A DNA stretch of 64,000 bases, taken from NCBI GenBank assembly GCA_017482195.1, contig JAFUNM010000006.1, positions 1,184 to 65,183 of the forward strand. Reading direction: 5' to 3'. Below the pieces are notes generated by a model. That model was given only the letters and a program-made list of their open reading frames with translations, made no database searches and had not been told where the DNA came from. The translations under genes were made by a program, and so were the position numbers. Origin of the DNA: Clostridia bacterium. GTDB taxonomy: Bacteria; Bacillota; Clostridia; Oscillospirales; QAKW01. Positions 18,793-28,279 of this stretch are shown here, piece after piece. The first letter of the stretch is position 1; each line of letters opens with the position of its first letter.

Positions 18793-20772
18793 TTAGTTTA
18801 CATAGGCTGCCCAAACTGCATTGTTATGATCCAGCCAGAGGGTAACGGTGCCGGCAATGGGCGCTTCGCTATCGTCGGTATAATCAGCAGTCTTGAGGTA
18901 CTTCACTTCGTTGCCGACGATAAAGTAATCATCAGACTCAATGGCGGTCACCTGCAGACGATCTACACCGTAGAGATTGACCTTACCGCCTGCGGTGGTG
19001 GCATATGTGTACCAATCGCCGGGGTTGATCTCACCGGTAGCATTACTGATACGGTCAGTGTCAACGGTCAGATTGACGGTGTTTCCGGTTTCCCGCTCTC
19101 TTGCAACGATATTATAGGACATACCGTCTGCAGCAGGAGTGAGGCTTTCGATCTGGATGGCCGCTTCCTTGGTTTTCATCACTTCCTCCACCGCCAGATA
19201 TGTGGTACGGGTGGAATCCAGAACTGCGATCACAGGACCGGTCATTTCGCTTACCGGACGGCCGCTCTTACTCATAAAATAATGAGGTACATAAGTAGTG
19301 GCCGCAGTTTCCTCTGCGCCTTTACCGGAGAGAATATCTGTATCAGTAAGACCGTATTCATCCAAAACAACAGTACTGCCGGCGGTTATATGAAGCTTAC
19401 CGTTGCTTTCGTAGAAGTTCACGAAATCGCCGGGCTGAGGATTGGCCAATCCGGCAGCCGCGATATCTTTATCCTCATAGGTCATCAGATTGTTATTGTA
19501 GTAATTCAAAATGGAGATATAATTCTCGGAAACATTGACTACCTTACCGGGGATCCACTCTTCTGCCAGAACCAGATCTACATAGGTAGTACCGGTCTGT
19601 ACAAAGGTGAACTTCAGGTTCGGCCGGGCTTTATTTGCACCGGTCACGCTGGTGGTACCGGAATACTGGCTGACCACTTCACTCAGGCGATAAACCGCAT
19701 CGCCGGGCCAAATGTCACCATTAAGATAGAGGGTAGATTGGGGATATACGGAATAGGTCGTACCTTCGATGGAAGCAGTGAAGTAACTATGACCGTAGAA
19801 GGTAATATCGGGGAGCGTGCATTCCACAACGATGGGAGCGGGAATCTCATATGTAATGACCTGCTCATCGTCGGTAATGGTGCCGGAGCCGTCTTTATCC
19901 ATATAAACTACGCGGATGGGGAAGCCGATGCAGGAAGAAAGATCGGCATCCACAGAGAACTGAGCACCGTTCGAAAGAAGGACATCCTCCGTTACTTCAA
20001 AATTCAGCGGAGTTTCGCGGGTGGCACGGATGGTTTGATCGGTAACGGTACAGCCGTAGATCTTCGTGGACAAGCTGTTGAGAGGATTGCCGTCAAAATC
20101 CTTGAACTCGACGAAGGTTTCCTCGGAGATGCTGCCATTAGGATCATAGACCATGGCGCGGGCGACGATCACGGCGGCCTGCTCACGGTTGACGGTCTCG
20201 CTGGAAGCATCCACCTCACTGCCTGTCAGAACTTCATCCTGAAAGGCGGTATAGGCATCGGCATTGTCCTCCTCGGTGGAGATCCCGACCGTTTTTGCGA
20301 TCAGGGTAATAAACTCCTCCCCGGTGATGTTGGCGTTGGGTTGGAACTTTTTATCCGTCACGTACTCAGAATTGATCAGCTGATAGTCCATTGCCCATGC
20401 GAGATAAGGCTTCAACAGAGAAATATCGGAAATATCACCTTCATCGCCGTTTTCATCGAAATCGGTGTTGGTGCTTCCGTACTCGGACAACTCATCATAA
20501 TCATCATGGAGCATCCGATATGCAATCTTGACTGCCTCACCGCGGGTAATGGTAAGCTCAGGCAGGAAGGTATCGTTCTTCAACGCGGAAACGATTCCGA
20601 GAGCATCGGCAAATTTAATATAGACGGTATTGACATCGCTCAGGGTAGTGCCGTATCTTTCGTCAACATCGTCGTAGGTGATTTCTTCATAAACCGCAAA
20701 GGCAGATACGCTCAAGGATGCGATCATCACAACCATAAGAACAGCTGCCAGCAGGCTTTTTAAAGTTCTCAT
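18793..20772 (-). CDS. Secreted cell-surface protein with N-terminal degenerate SLH repeats (possible S-layer/wall protein)
   Basis: Signal peptide MRTLKSLLAAVLMVVMIASLSVSAFA. SLH-like segments ...FLPELTITRGEAVKIAYRML, LKPYLAWAMDYQLI...FQPNANITGEEFITLIAK, VNREQAAVIVARAM. The remaining approx. 450 aa carry no motif I recognise. GGAGG RBS. Confidence 0.6.
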   Translation of the reverse strand: MRTLKSLLAAVLMVVMIASLSVSAFAVYEEITYDDVDERYGTTLSDVNTVYIKFADALGIVSALKNDTFLPELTITRGEAVKIAYRMLHDDYDELSEYGSTNTDFDENGDEGDISDISLLKPYLAWAMDYQLINSEYVTDKKFQPNANITGEEFITLIAKTVGISTEEDNADAYTAFQDEVLTGSEVDASSETVNREQAAVIVARAMVYDPNGSISEETFVEFKDFDGNPLNSLSTKIYGCTVTDQTIRATRETPLNFEVTEDVLLSNGAQFSVDADLSSCIGFPIRVVYMDKDGSGTITDDEQVITYEIPAPIVVECTLPDITFYGHSYFTASIEGTTYSVYPQSTLYLNGDIWPGDAVYRLSEVVSQYSGTTSVTGANKARPNLKFTFVQTGTTYVDLVLAEEWIPGKVVNVSENYISILNYYNNNLMTYEDKDIAAAGLANPQPGDFVNFYESNGKLHITAGSTVVLDEYGLTDTDILSGKGAEETAATTYVPHYFMSKSGRPVSEMTGPVIAVLDSTRTTYLAVEEVMKTKEAAIQIESLTPAADGMSYNIVARERETGNTVNLTVDTDRISNATGEINPGDWYTYATTAGGKVNLYGVDRLQVTAIESDDYFIVGNEVKYLKTADYTDDSEAPIAGTVTLWLDHNNAVWAAYVN

Positions 20773-21026
20773 TCCGTTACCTCCATCTCAGCAGGGATGG
20801 CATATCCCTATTTTCTAATTTATATTATATATAATAATAAAAGAAGTTGCAAGTGTTTTATGTGAATGAAAAAGAAATCCGAAAGAGTTTGTTAAAAAGT
20901 GATAATTTTTAAGCAAAAATTTTGTGAAAAATAACAACATTTTTTTCAACAAAAAATCCCGCTGAACCTGCTTATACAACGGGATTTTACTTTGAATTTA
21001 TTGTGCTTTTATATCACCGGCAGTAC

Positions 21027-21062
21027 ATAAAAATGCAGTGTGCCTTTCGGCACACCGCATTT
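21027..21062 (-). terminator. Terminator of the solute-binding lipoprotein gene
   Basis: AAATGCAGTGTGCC tttc GGCACACCGCATTT (one mismatch), followed by a T-run on the minus strand. Confidence 0.7.
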
Positions 21063-21088
21063 AATAAATATACGAGAGAAGTAAAAAC

Positions 21089-22843
21089 TTACTGTGCAAA
21101 GGCAATACAGTCTTTGACTGCCTGCTCCACAACATTTTCCACTTTGGTATGGACGGTCTGATAATTAAGATTCTTATCAATGATCGCCCAGATCAAGCCT
21201 TCGCCTTCCTTACGCATTGCATCGAAGTTGGCGCCGTCCAGGAAACGCCACTCAAACATCTGCAGTCCGAAGTAGGTATTCTCGATCGCGAACTCAAAAT
21301 ACTCCTTCTTCTGTGCATAGGTAAAGCTATATGCTTGCTGGTTCGTGAAGTAATCAAACATAGCTTCGGTGAAGCGGGTCGCCCACAGCTCCATGAACTT
21401 CACGGCATACGGAATATTGGACTGGTTCTTGACCTTCTTGGGAATTTCCATACAATAGCCGATGTTGAAAGCAACATATTGGCCGTCTTCATAGGGAGAC
21501 TTGGGGAAGGGAACCCAATTATACCGATGGTTCTTCGTATATTCAAAATTATTCAGATCCTGCATTAGAATGGACTTTGTAGCCATCATAACCGAACCTT
21601 CACTGTACATTTCGGTTTCATTACCATCGCCGTAACCTGAGTTAGGCAGACTCTTGATAACATCGGTATAGAAGTTCATTGCCTGGAGCGTTCTTTCATC
21701 CATCCAGTTATTGATCAGGTTCATTTTTTCGCTCTCATTGTCCAGACCGATGGTATACACACCGTTGGTCATGGGCCAGTAGAACCAGTCACGGTTGATG
21801 GAATTTGCCATGGGAGTCAACGCCTTACCGTCGTTGGTAGTGCTGGGAACGCTGGTTACAAAATTACGCCATGCATTCCAATCCCACTGATCGTTCTTCC
21901 AAAGGGTATGGGGATCCTGCAGACCCAGCTCTTCCACCATGGTCTGATTGTACCAAAGCACGTCAATGGTACCGATGGGAGAGATACAGCGATAGCCGCC
22001 GCCGTATTTGGTCTGCTCCAGGGTCATCAGGTCTACGCCGGGAGAATTGCCGAGATTCTGCATATTGATGTAGGGATCCAGAGGCTGAGACAAATTCAGG
22101 AACTGGGGGAATCCACCGATATGGGTGGGAATGATATCCAGAGCTTTACCTGCATTCATATAGGTCAGACACTGGTTGATACTGTCCGTAAAACGGGAAG
22201 CGATATACTTAATGTTAAGGCCGTATTCGCTCTTCATGGCCTCAAACCAAGCCCATTCGTCCACCGTCTCACCTTTTTCGTTCCGATACTCCCAAACACC
22301 GTAACGCAGCGCGGTGATAAGAGTAAAGGTCTTGCCCTTCAAATCCGCCAGCTTGACGTTGTTCTTAACGAAGCCGGTGGAGTCGATATCGAAAGAGGGG
22401 TTGATACCGGTATTGTTCTGTTTGGTCTCTGCCAACAGCGGGTTATGAGCCACTTCATACTTCTTGGTCTCATCGTACTGCTGAACAACCTCATCCTGCG
22501 TGCTGGGAGCGGGTTCTGTCACCTTATCTCCGTCCGTGCCGTCGGAAGAGTTATCCTTGTTGCTATCCTTATCGGATCCGCTATCCTTATCGGAGCCGCT
22601 GTCCTTATCGGAGCCGCTGTCCTTATCGGAATCGGAATCCTTATCGGAATCGCCGTCTACTGCAGTATCCCCGTCGGAATCGCTGTCGCCATCGCCATCG
22701 CCGCTTTCATCGTTGCCAAAGGAATCCCCATCGCTTTGGAGAGTTTCCCACTCATCTTCGTCGCTCTGCTTACAAGCGGTAGCCATGGTCACCAGCATCA
22801 ACACAGCCAGGATCACTGCCAATACTTTGCAAAACTTGTTCAT
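21089..22843 (-). CDS. Extracellular solute-binding lipoprotein (family-1, LplA-like sugar-binding type) with acidic Asp/Ser/Gly/Lys-rich repeat linker
   Basis: MNKFCKVLAVILAVLMLVTMATAC lipobox from ATG 22843 (GGAGA RBS). Low-complexity linker DGDSDKDSDSDKDSGSDKDSGSDKDSGSDKDSNKD. The roughly 450-aa body has the W/Y-rich pattern of large oligosaccharide SBPs. No permease or ATPase genes are adjacent. Confidence 0.6.
   Translation of the reverse strand: MNKFCKVLAVILAVLMLVTMATACKQSDEDEWETLQSDGDSFGNDESGDGDGDSDSDGDTAVDGDSDKDSDSDKDSGSDKDSGSDKDSGSDKDSNKDNSSDGTDGDKVTEPAPSTQDEVVQQYDETKKYEVAHNPLLAETKQNNTGINPSFDIDSTGFVKNNVKLADLKGKTFTLITALRYGVWEYRNEKGETVDEWAWFEAMKSEYGLNIKYIASRFTDSINQCLTYMNAGKALDIIPTHIGGFPQFLNLSQPLDPYINMQNLGNSPGVDLMTLEQTKYGGGYRCISPIGTIDVLWYNQTMVEELGLQDPHTLWKNDQWDWNAWRNFVTSVPSTTNDGKALTPMANSINRDWFYWPMTNGVYTIGLDNESEKMNLINNWMDERTLQAMNFYTDVIKSLPNSGYGDGNETEMYSEGSVMMATKSILMQDLNNFEYTKNHRYNWVPFPKSPYEDGQYVAFNIGYCMEIPKKVKNQSNIPYAVKFMELWATRFTEAMFDYFTNQQAYSFTYAQKKEYFEFAIENTYFGLQMFEWRFLDGANFDAMRKEGEGLIWAIIDKNLNYQTVHTKVENVVEQAVKDCIAFAQ
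22565..22654 (-). repeat. In-frame 18-bp tandem repeat (5 units) encoding the (S/G)DKDS(D/G) linker
   Basis: The units are atccttatcggatccgct, atccttatcggagccgct, gtccttatcggagccgct, gtccttatcggaatcgga and atccttatcggaatcgcc. Confidence 0.9.
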
Positions 22844-22874
22844 CTTCTTTCTCCTTTCCTTATTTTGCATTATC

Positions 22875-22903
22875 ATTATATAACATTTACATTGGAATTT
22901 CAA
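22875..22903 (-). promoter_or_regulatory. Promoter of the solute-binding lipoprotein gene
   Basis: On the minus strand: TTGAAA, a 17-nt spacer, then TATAAT. Confidence 0.6.
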
Positions 22904-23050
22904 GGAAATAAATCATAATGTAAACAAAATGTAAAGAAAAGTTGGCAAAATACACAAAAATTGGTTGCGTTTTTTGTTTTCGGTCATTTTTTGTAAAAAA
23001 TGCGAGATGCTTCAAGCACACCGTATTTGTATTTTTTGCAGGTTACTGCG

Positions 23051-23093
23051 CAAAAAAGAGAGCATTGAGGGGCACTTCCCTTCAATGCTCTCT
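23051..23093 (-). terminator. Terminator of the 1053-aa SLH protein gene
   Basis: 15-bp stem AGAGAGCATTGAGGG / CCTTCAATGCTCTCT, followed by TTTTTTG on the minus strand. Confidence 0.85.
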
Positions 23094-23115
23094 TTTCTTA
23101 TTTTAAATTAAGGAA

Positions 23116-26100
23116 TCATTTCAAAGCTGCAGTTCTGGTACAAATAGCAGCCATCTCCGCACGGGTGATTCCGGCATCGGGAGCCAGAGTTCCGTCTTTA
23201 TTTCCTTCGATCAAGCCGGAGGCGATTACAGCCTGCACTTCGGCATTGGCCCAAGGTGCAACAGAGGCTGCATCCTTAAATGCGCTCAGATCCGCAGTGC
23301 CGGTCAGGTTAAACGCGCGAGCGAACAGAACCATAACTTCCTGACGGGTAATAGAGCTTTCGGGATTGAAATACAGCTCACCGTCGTCAGAGCCCTTCAT
23401 ATAACCTCTGCTGAAGCAGGTTTTAACTGCATCGGCGGCCCAGGGAGCAATCGCGTTACTATCCGCATAAGGCAGCTTGGTTGAGGTATAGTTCGCAGCA
23501 TTGACACCCATCAGGCGAACGATAACCATAGCCACCTCCTGACGGGAGATCGCATCATCCGGTCTGAACTGCCATTGATTGGTGCCGATATTCTCGCCGA
23601 TCAGAAGTCCCTGATCATTGGCTTGCTGAACATAATCATAGAACCAGGCATTAGGATCCTGCACGTCGATATAGTCGCGGGAGATCGCATTCTTGGTGAT
23701 GATCAGTTCATAATCCCGTTTACTGCCGTTCTCGGCGATACATACTACATAGTAATGAGACTCGGAAACGGCGGTGGGAAGGGTGAAGGCTCTGGCATCG
23801 GTATCACGGCCGTTTACAGGGATGATATTAGAAGTATAGGTCATCTTAATGGTCTTTTCCGCATCGGCATAGACTTCACAGACCGCATACTCATTTCTGG
23901 TTTTAAAGGTAACATTGGTGGAATCACCGGAGCCTACAAAGCTGATGGTGTTATCCACGATGGTGGTAGAAACACCTTCTATGCCGGTGATCGCATTATC
24001 GGAAGAAAGCTTGCCGTTTTCCACAGCCAGCGTGAAGGTATTGCTTCTGCCGTATTTATCGGTGACCTTGACGGTGAATTCATTAATGCCGTCCGTCAAT
24101 GTCAATGCCTTCACATCCGTATTGGAGGAAAGCACCGTTGCGCCGCTCTTATCCAAGATCTGATAGGAAGCATTCAAGGTAGCAGTCAGCTTGATAGTTG
24201 CTTCTTTTGCCAGAGAATCCAACTCATAGACCAAGAACTTTATATCATTCTGGATATAAGAGGTACCTGCGGCATCGGCGGTCATATTCAGGATAGCGGG
24301 ATCAAAGGAACCGGCATCCCGGTTGAACCGGACGGTGTACACCTGATCCTGAACGGTTTTATCCTCGGAATTGATCTTTACATAGAATACATAGTTATTT
24401 CCATAAGGAATATAGCTGCCCAGATCATCCAGAGGCTGCTTACAGGCTGCATCCGCATACAGCGCATAAGATGCGCCGGCAGAGGTCTTAATGCTATAGT
24501 TTACGAAAGCATCCTCGGCATTAAAGGTATAGGCAAAGGTTCTGCCGTTTACGGCCTCATCAACGTCAAAGATATTGCCGCTGAAGGTAAGCTTCAGCAA
24601 CTTCGCCTCATTACCGGCCTCACGGCGGACATGGATACGATAAACGACACCGGTGCCGTCCTCATTCTCGATCAGCGCATAGCGATCGGTCTGAGAACCG
24701 TCCAGATACATCACTTTATCCTTGAGCGGAGTATTGAGCGTAGCGTCCTCATACAAACGCCAGGTGCAGTTGGGAGAAACGACCAGCATATTGGCCAGTT
24801 CCAGATAATCAACACCGTCGCCGGTCAGATCCAGGATGACCAGATTCTGATCGTCGTCGATCGTTACTTTTTCAGCATTCAAACCGTTGACATCAACGAC
24901 CTTGCAGCCGCCTTCTTTGACGGCGGTCATGGTTTCATCGGCATACTGAGGATTCAGAACCAGCTCGAGCTCGCCGTCCTGCAGATCGATCTGAGACTTC
25001 TCAATACCGTTAGGATAATAGTTGTAGCCCATATTGAGAACGCCCTTCACGCCAGTGCCTGCAGATACAAGAGTAGCGCCGGGAGTAACATCCAGATAGT
25101 TTTCGTTGATGTTGATCAAATAACGGAAGATCACCGGCTGATTCCAGTTTTTAAGATATGCGAACTGGAAAGGAACTGCACTGGTGCTCAGTTTCTTAAA
25201 GGTATTGCCGATGATACTGATCATGGTACCGGGCAGGTTCTTATCGCCTAAATACCGGTAATAGACCAGGCCGCTGGCGGCGGCAGAACAATCGTCAACC
25301 ACATTGTTGCTGATGGTAACGCCTTGCATAAGAGTATCGTAGGTAGCAGATTCACTAAAGGAATATAGACCCACGGTCTGGGGGAAATAGTTGCGGTCCA
25401 GCAGAATATTATCGCCGATGGAGTTGGATTCTACTGTTTTGGAAATGATCGCAGTCTCGGAAAGGTTGATATAGTTATTCTGAACGGTGACATCCATCGT
25501 AAACCACATTTCCAGCAGATGGCGGCCGTTGAGAACACGGTTGTTCATAAATTCCACATCGCCTGCATAAACGGTTGCAGAGCTGGAAGAGGTCAGATGA
25601 AGGATATTCTCGGAGGTTACATCGAAAATATTGTTCTTAACAAAAATGCCGGTACGGTGCTTATAACCTTGTTGCTGATAGATCAGCGAATTGCCGGAGA
25701 AATAGAAGCCTTCGATGGTGGTCTTCAAGCCGTTGTCCATCAAGGTGATACGGCCAACGATGACCGCTTCGGCCGACAGGTCGACTGCATCGCCGCCTGC
25801 AGCTGCAGGGCGCTTTGCATTAGCAGTAATCAAATCGGCATTATTGGGATTCACACCCGCCATAGGGCCGTAGATCCGGGTATCGTTTCCGTAGACCTCT
25901 ACGCCGCCGGTATAAGTACCGGGAGCAACATAAATGACCTTGCCTGCGGTACTGATCGCGGTATTACCGCTCTGCACAACAGTCGCCTTGGTAGCGTCGG
26001 CAAGGCTGCCGAAAGCCTGAGCACCGAGCCATGCAGAATAGACCTTGCCGTCCAATTTCAAAGCGACTTTGCCGGTCTTGCCAAACCAATCATCATTGAC

Positions 26101-26277
26101 GATGATGACATTGGACGGCAGAGAAGTACCGCCGACAAAATTACCTTCTTCGATGGTCACAGCATAGCCCAAGCCGCTGCCCATATCCGCAGAGGTGCCC
26201 AGCACAAAGCAGGAAAGCATCGAGATCATCATCACGATGCAAAGGAGCACTGCGGAAATTTTTTTAGAGTTCATCAT
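23116..26277 (-). CDS. Large cell-wall-anchored protein: signal peptide, parallel beta-helix-like region, cadherin-like beta-sandwich repeats, three C-terminal SLH domains
   Basis: Signal peptide MMNSKKISAVLLCIVMMISMLSCFVLGTSA. Repetitive N-x-x/I-x-x-N turns (NNIFDV..., FMNNRVLNG, VQNNYINLS, ISNNVVDD). Segments like AKLLKLTFSGNIF...TFAYTFNAE and ILNMTADAAG...FTVKVTDKYGRSNTFTLAV. SLH domains: WFYDYVQQANDQGLLIG...ISRQEVAMVIVRLMG, APWAADAVKTCFSRGYMKG...ITRQEVMVLFARAF, APWANAEVQAVIASGLIEG...ITRAEMAAICTR. Confidence 0.75.
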   Translation of the reverse strand: MMNSKKISAVLLCIVMMISMLSCFVLGTSADMGSGLGYAVTIEEGNFVGGTSLPSNVIIVNDDWFGKTGKVALKLDGKVYSAWLGAQAFGSLADATKATVVQSGNTAISTAGKVIYVAPGTYTGGVEVYGNDTRIYGPMAGVNPNNADLITANAKRPAAAGGDAVDLSAEAVIVGRITLMDNGLKTTIEGFYFSGNSLIYQQQGYKHRTGIFVKNNIFDVTSENILHLTSSSSATVYAGDVEFMNNRVLNGRHLLEMWFTMDVTVQNNYINLSETAIISKTVESNSIGDNILLDRNYFPQTVGLYSFSESATYDTLMQGVTISNNVVDDCSAAASGLVYYRYLGDKNLPGTMISIIGNTFKKLSTSAVPFQFAYLKNWNQPVIFRYLININENYLDVTPGATLVSAGTGVKGVLNMGYNYYPNGIEKSQIDLQDGELELVLNPQYADETMTAVKEGGCKVVDVNGLNAEKVTIDDDQNLVILDLTGDGVDYLELANMLVVSPNCTWRLYEDATLNTPLKDKVMYLDGSQTDRYALIENEDGTGVVYRIHVRREAGNEAKLLKLTFSGNIFDVDEAVNGRTFAYTFNAEDAFVNYSIKTSAGASYALYADAACKQPLDDLGSYIPYGNNYVFYVKINSEDKTVQDQVYTVRFNRDAGSFDPAILNMTADAAGTSYIQNDIKFLVYELDSLAKEATIKLTATLNASYQILDKSGATVLSSNTDVKALTLTDGINEFTVKVTDKYGRSNTFTLAVENGKLSSDNAITGIEGVSTTIVDNTISFVGSGDSTNVTFKTRNEYAVCEVYADAEKTIKMTYTSNIIPVNGRDTDARAFTLPTAVSESHYYVVCIAENGSKRDYELIITKNAISRDYIDVQDPNAWFYDYVQQANDQGLLIGENIGTNQWQFRPDDAISRQEVAMVIVRLMGVNAANYTSTKLPYADSNAIAPWAADAVKTCFSRGYMKGSDDGELYFNPESSITRQEVMVLFARAFNLTGTADLSAFKDAASVAPWANAEVQAVIASGLIEGNKDGTLAPDAGITRAEMAAICTRTAALK

Positions 26278-26517
26278 TCTTATAACCTCCTGTCAGAAAG
26301 TTGAACAAAAAATTATTACACAGCATTATTATATTTTATAAATACCTAAAAGTCAATAAGTGAGCGGCGAATTTAACGGTTTTTTCGGCGGTAATTTTTT
26401 CTTTTGGTGAAATCCGCCAAATTGTGACTTTGAATTTTGGTAAAGATGACTTTCTTTTTTGCATAAATTAAATCTGCACAGAAAAAAATATGGAAAAAGG
26501 ATCAAAGGAGTTTTTAT

Positions 26518-28278
26518 ATGTGCGGAATAATGGGATATACCGGAGATCGGGATGCCAAAGACATCCTGATCGGCGGATTAAAAAAACTGGAATATCGCGG
26601 TTATGACTCGGCCGGCATTGCCCTTGCCGCCGATGGAACCATCGAAATTTTCAAGGACGAGGGAAAAGTCGCGGTGCTGGAAAAGCAGCTGGATCAGGCC
26701 ATGGAAATCTCCAAGACGGGCATCGGCCATACCCGCTGGGCGACCCACGGTGTTCCCTGCAAGAAGAATGCACATCCCCATCGGGCGGGACGGGTCGTTT
26801 TAGTCCATAACGGCATCATCGAAAACGAAAAAGAGCTGCGGGCAGAGCTGGATCGTCAGCCCATCAGCGATACCGATACCGAGATCGCCGCTATTTTGTT
26901 GGATACCCTCTATAACGGAGACCCTTTAACTGCAATTTTTCAGGCAATCAAGCGATTGGAGGGGTCCTATGCTCTGGGCATCCTTTTTGAGGATCAGCCA
27001 CAGACCCTTTATGCGGTACGCAAGGACAGCCCGCTGATCGTTGGCCGGGGCAACGGGGAGAACTTCATTGCCTCGGATATTCCCGCCCTTTTGGAGCATA
27101 CCCGTCAATATTACCTCTTAAATGAGGGTGAGGTGGCGGTGCTGACCAAGGAAAGGATCACATTCTTTACTGCCGACGGGCAGCAGGTCAATAAAGAAGT
27201 ACTGACTGCAGAGCAAGATCTGCAAAGCGCAGAAAAGGGCGGATACGCCCATTTCATGGCCAAGGAGATCCATGAGCAGCCGGAGGCGGTACAGGCAACG
27301 GTCTCCCGCTATTACAAGGATCACACCCTCTTCCCCGGAGAGGAATTCAACATTCAGGGAACCATCCGGATCGTAGCCTGCGGCTCGGCCTACCATGCGG
27401 GACTCTTAGGAAAATACGCCATTGAAAAATGGGCCCGAATCCCCGTAACGGCAGAGATCGCCAGCGAGTTTCGTTATAATGACCCCATCCTATCTAAAGA
27501 GGACTTGATAATCGTCATCTCCCAATCGGGAGAGACGGCGGATTCGGTAGCAGCGCTCCGGCTGGCGAAGGCGCGGGGAGTCCCCACTTTAGCTATTGTA
27601 AACGTATGGGGCAGCACCTTAGCCCGGGAGGCGGATCGGGTCTTTTACACGGCGGCAGGCCCGGAGATCTCTGTGGCCACCACCAAGGCTTATACCTGCC
27701 AGGCGGTGTTGCTTTATCTTCTGGCGCTGAAGCTGGCAGAAAACGAGTTGGCATGCGAAAAGATCGCCGCCCTCCCTTCTTTGCTGGAGCGGGTTTTGGA
27801 ACAGGGAGAGCAATGCCGTGCGCTGGCACAAAAATTCAAGCAGGCTCATCGGCTTTTCTTCATCGGACGAGGACAGGATCATGCTCTTGCTTGCGAAGGG
27901 TCTTTGAAATTAAAAGAGATTTCTTATATCCACAGCGAGGCCTATGCTGCGGGTGAATTGAAGCACGGAACCATCTCTCTCATCGAAGAAGGAACGCCAG
28001 TCATTGCTTTACTGACCGATCGGGAGCGGTTTTCCAAAACCTTAAGCAATGTGAAAGAGGTGAAGGCAAGAGGGGCAACAGTCTTAGCCGTCACCTACGA
28101 AAACGCCGATCTGGCCGGGGTGGCGGACGATATACTGACCCTCCCTCCCTGCTCGGATTTGGAGGCGCCGATGGCAGGGGCAGTCTTGCTGCAATTATTT
28201 GCTTATTATACGGCGGTAGAGCGGGGCAATGATGTGGATCAGCCCCGAAATCTTGCCAAGAGTGTGACGGTGGAGTAA
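26518..28278 (+). CDS. glmS: Glutamine--fructose-6-phosphate aminotransferase
   Basis: MCGIMGYTG N-terminal nucleophile, two SIS domains (IVISQSGETADS), C-terminal DQPRNLAKSVTVE. Confidence 0.96.
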   Translation: MCGIMGYTGDRDAKDILIGGLKKLEYRGYDSAGIALAADGTIEIFKDEGKVAVLEKQLDQAMEISKTGIGHTRWATHGVPCKKNAHPHRAGRVVLVHNGIIENEKELRAELDRQPISDTDTEIAAILLDTLYNGDPLTAIFQAIKRLEGSYALGILFEDQPQTLYAVRKDSPLIVGRGNGENFIASDIPALLEHTRQYYLLNEGEVAVLTKERITFFTADGQQVNKEVLTAEQDLQSAEKGGYAHFMAKEIHEQPEAVQATVSRYYKDHTLFPGEEFNIQGTIRIVACGSAYHAGLLGKYAIEKWARIPVTAEIASEFRYNDPILSKEDLIIVISQSGETADSVAALRLAKARGVPTLAIVNVWGSTLAREADRVFYTAAGPEISVATTKAYTCQAVLLYLLALKLAENELACEKIAALPSLLERVLEQGEQCRALAQKFKQAHRLFFIGRGQDHALACEGSLKLKEISYIHSEAYAAGELKHGTISLIEEGTPVIALLTDRERFSKTLSNVKEVKARGATVLAVTYENADLAGVADDILTLPPCSDLEAPMAGAVLLQLFAYYTAVERGNDVDQPRNLAKSVTVE

Positions 28279-28279
28279 T

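Noticed and set aside
20953-20990. A second hairpin (AAAATCCCG ... CGGGATTTT, 18-nt loop) between the SBP gene terminator and the SLH gene promoter.
   Set aside because: The loop is large and the stem short. It is plausibly a weak auxiliary terminator, but I did not list it as a feature.
22565-22654. A regular 18-bp repeat array that could superficially resemble a mini CRISPR or satellite.
   Set aside because: The units are contiguous with no spacers, in frame, and inside a CDS, where they encode a DKDSGS linker. No cas genes are present.
18826-25251. Very long antisense ORFs (645 aa at 18826..20763, 336 aa at 21908..22918, 558 aa at 23575..25251). Similar shadows occur at 17479..18621, 46630..47649, 50795..51703 and 59622..60404.
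   Set aside because: I reject them as genes. For the six I checked (59622..60404 was not checked), the shadow ORF shares triplet boundaries with the well-supported opposite-strand gene. Their products are Gly/Ile/Asp-rich low-complexity mirror sequences without signal peptides, RBSs or motifs. Rarity of TTA, CTA and TCA codons explains them.
26278-26517. A glmS ribozyme, expected in the 240-nt leader of glmS. A short resemblance was noticed (TTTTTTCGGCGGTAA versus the AAUUUUCGGCGGAUG block of Bacillus ribozymes).
   Set aside because: The cleavage-site AGCGCC and the GACGAGG core are absent, and the region is mostly an AT-rich promoter-like sequence. I cannot support a ribozyme call. A covariance-model scan would settle it.
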